From: Toensbergia leucococca
Lineage: Eukaryota
Reading direction: 5' to 3'
Length of the DNA stretch: 64,000 nucleotides
Assembly: GCA_022813965.1 (NCBI GenBank)
Contig: JALDZS010000122.1
Location: 1-64,000, forward strand
In this document: piece after piece, positions 63,580 to 64,000 of the stretch
How positions within the stretch are numbered: position 1 is the stretch's first letter
How the letters are laid out: each line of letters starts with the position of its first letter
The notes under the pieces: generated by a model
What the model was told of the DNA's origin: nothing
Seen by the model: only the letters and a program-made list of their open reading frames with translations
Databases searched by the model: none
Position numbers and translations under genes: made by a program

Positions 63580-64000
63580 CCTGTTTTTTTCCTCTCTCTT
63601 TCCGCCGACCATGTCCATGTAAGCGAATGTGCCTGCTCTCTCATGCTGTCTTTTTTCACGCGTAACACCTGTAAAAATCCCGCGGGTTCCGCTATATTCA
63701 CAAGGAGGGCGGCGGTTTGAGTAATGGAGAGTGGAAGGGATGGGACAGGAGGACGATGGGGGAGTGACATATGCAGACGTGTACGAGGTAATATATTTTG
63801 CAGAGCTCATGAGTTTATGTACCACTGATATCTAAGCTACTGAAGCACAGAAAGATGGGTCCATAAAAGCCATGAGAATTGCTACATTTTAGACTTGGGT
63901 GAGTCCTGGGACCTAAATGCAAACATATATCAGCACTCGTGTCCAGGCCAACGGGAACAAACCGAGGGGCGACGCAAGCCATCACGAAAAGAGAACGAAC

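Noticed and set aside
63070..63825. 251-aa antisense ORF, and similar ones at 9667-10263, 51246-51962 and 41318-41803
   Set aside because: Shadows of real genes on the opposite strand, favoured by skewed codon usage.

Overview
Intron-rich eukaryotic DNA from a filamentous ascomycete (GT-AG introns with CTRAC branch points). Several gene families suggest a lichen-forming Lecanoromycete, but that is inference. About 20 genes can be reconstructed by hand. Left half: Zn2Cys6 regulator, EutQ-like cupin, MFS monocarboxylate transporter, Cys-rich hypothetical protein, processive GT2, GH16, BglE-type GH3 and two orphan ORFs. Middle: ATP7-EGD2-RPL14 housekeeping trio, then an accessory stretch with a HET-domain protein bearing TM helices, a peroxisomal FATP-type acyl-CoA ligase, a secreted GH25 lysozyme, pseudogenes and an AT-rich RIP-like relic. 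Right: GT91-like propeller protein, MFS, SGNH/CE2-like protein, Mpv17/PMP22, and a divergent SDR / glutamine-synthetase-like pair. Most interesting: (1) the SDR-GS pair, resembling the actinobacterial GlnA4 gamma-glutamyl-ethanolamine module; (2) the GT2-GH16-GH3 glucan module; (3) repeated, orientation-independent C-rich to G-rich skew switches; (4) the HET-TM fusion; (5) an intron lacking an AG acceptor. No tRNA, rRNA or CRISPR was seen. Exon boundaries were read by eye and family calls come from recalled motifs, not database searches.
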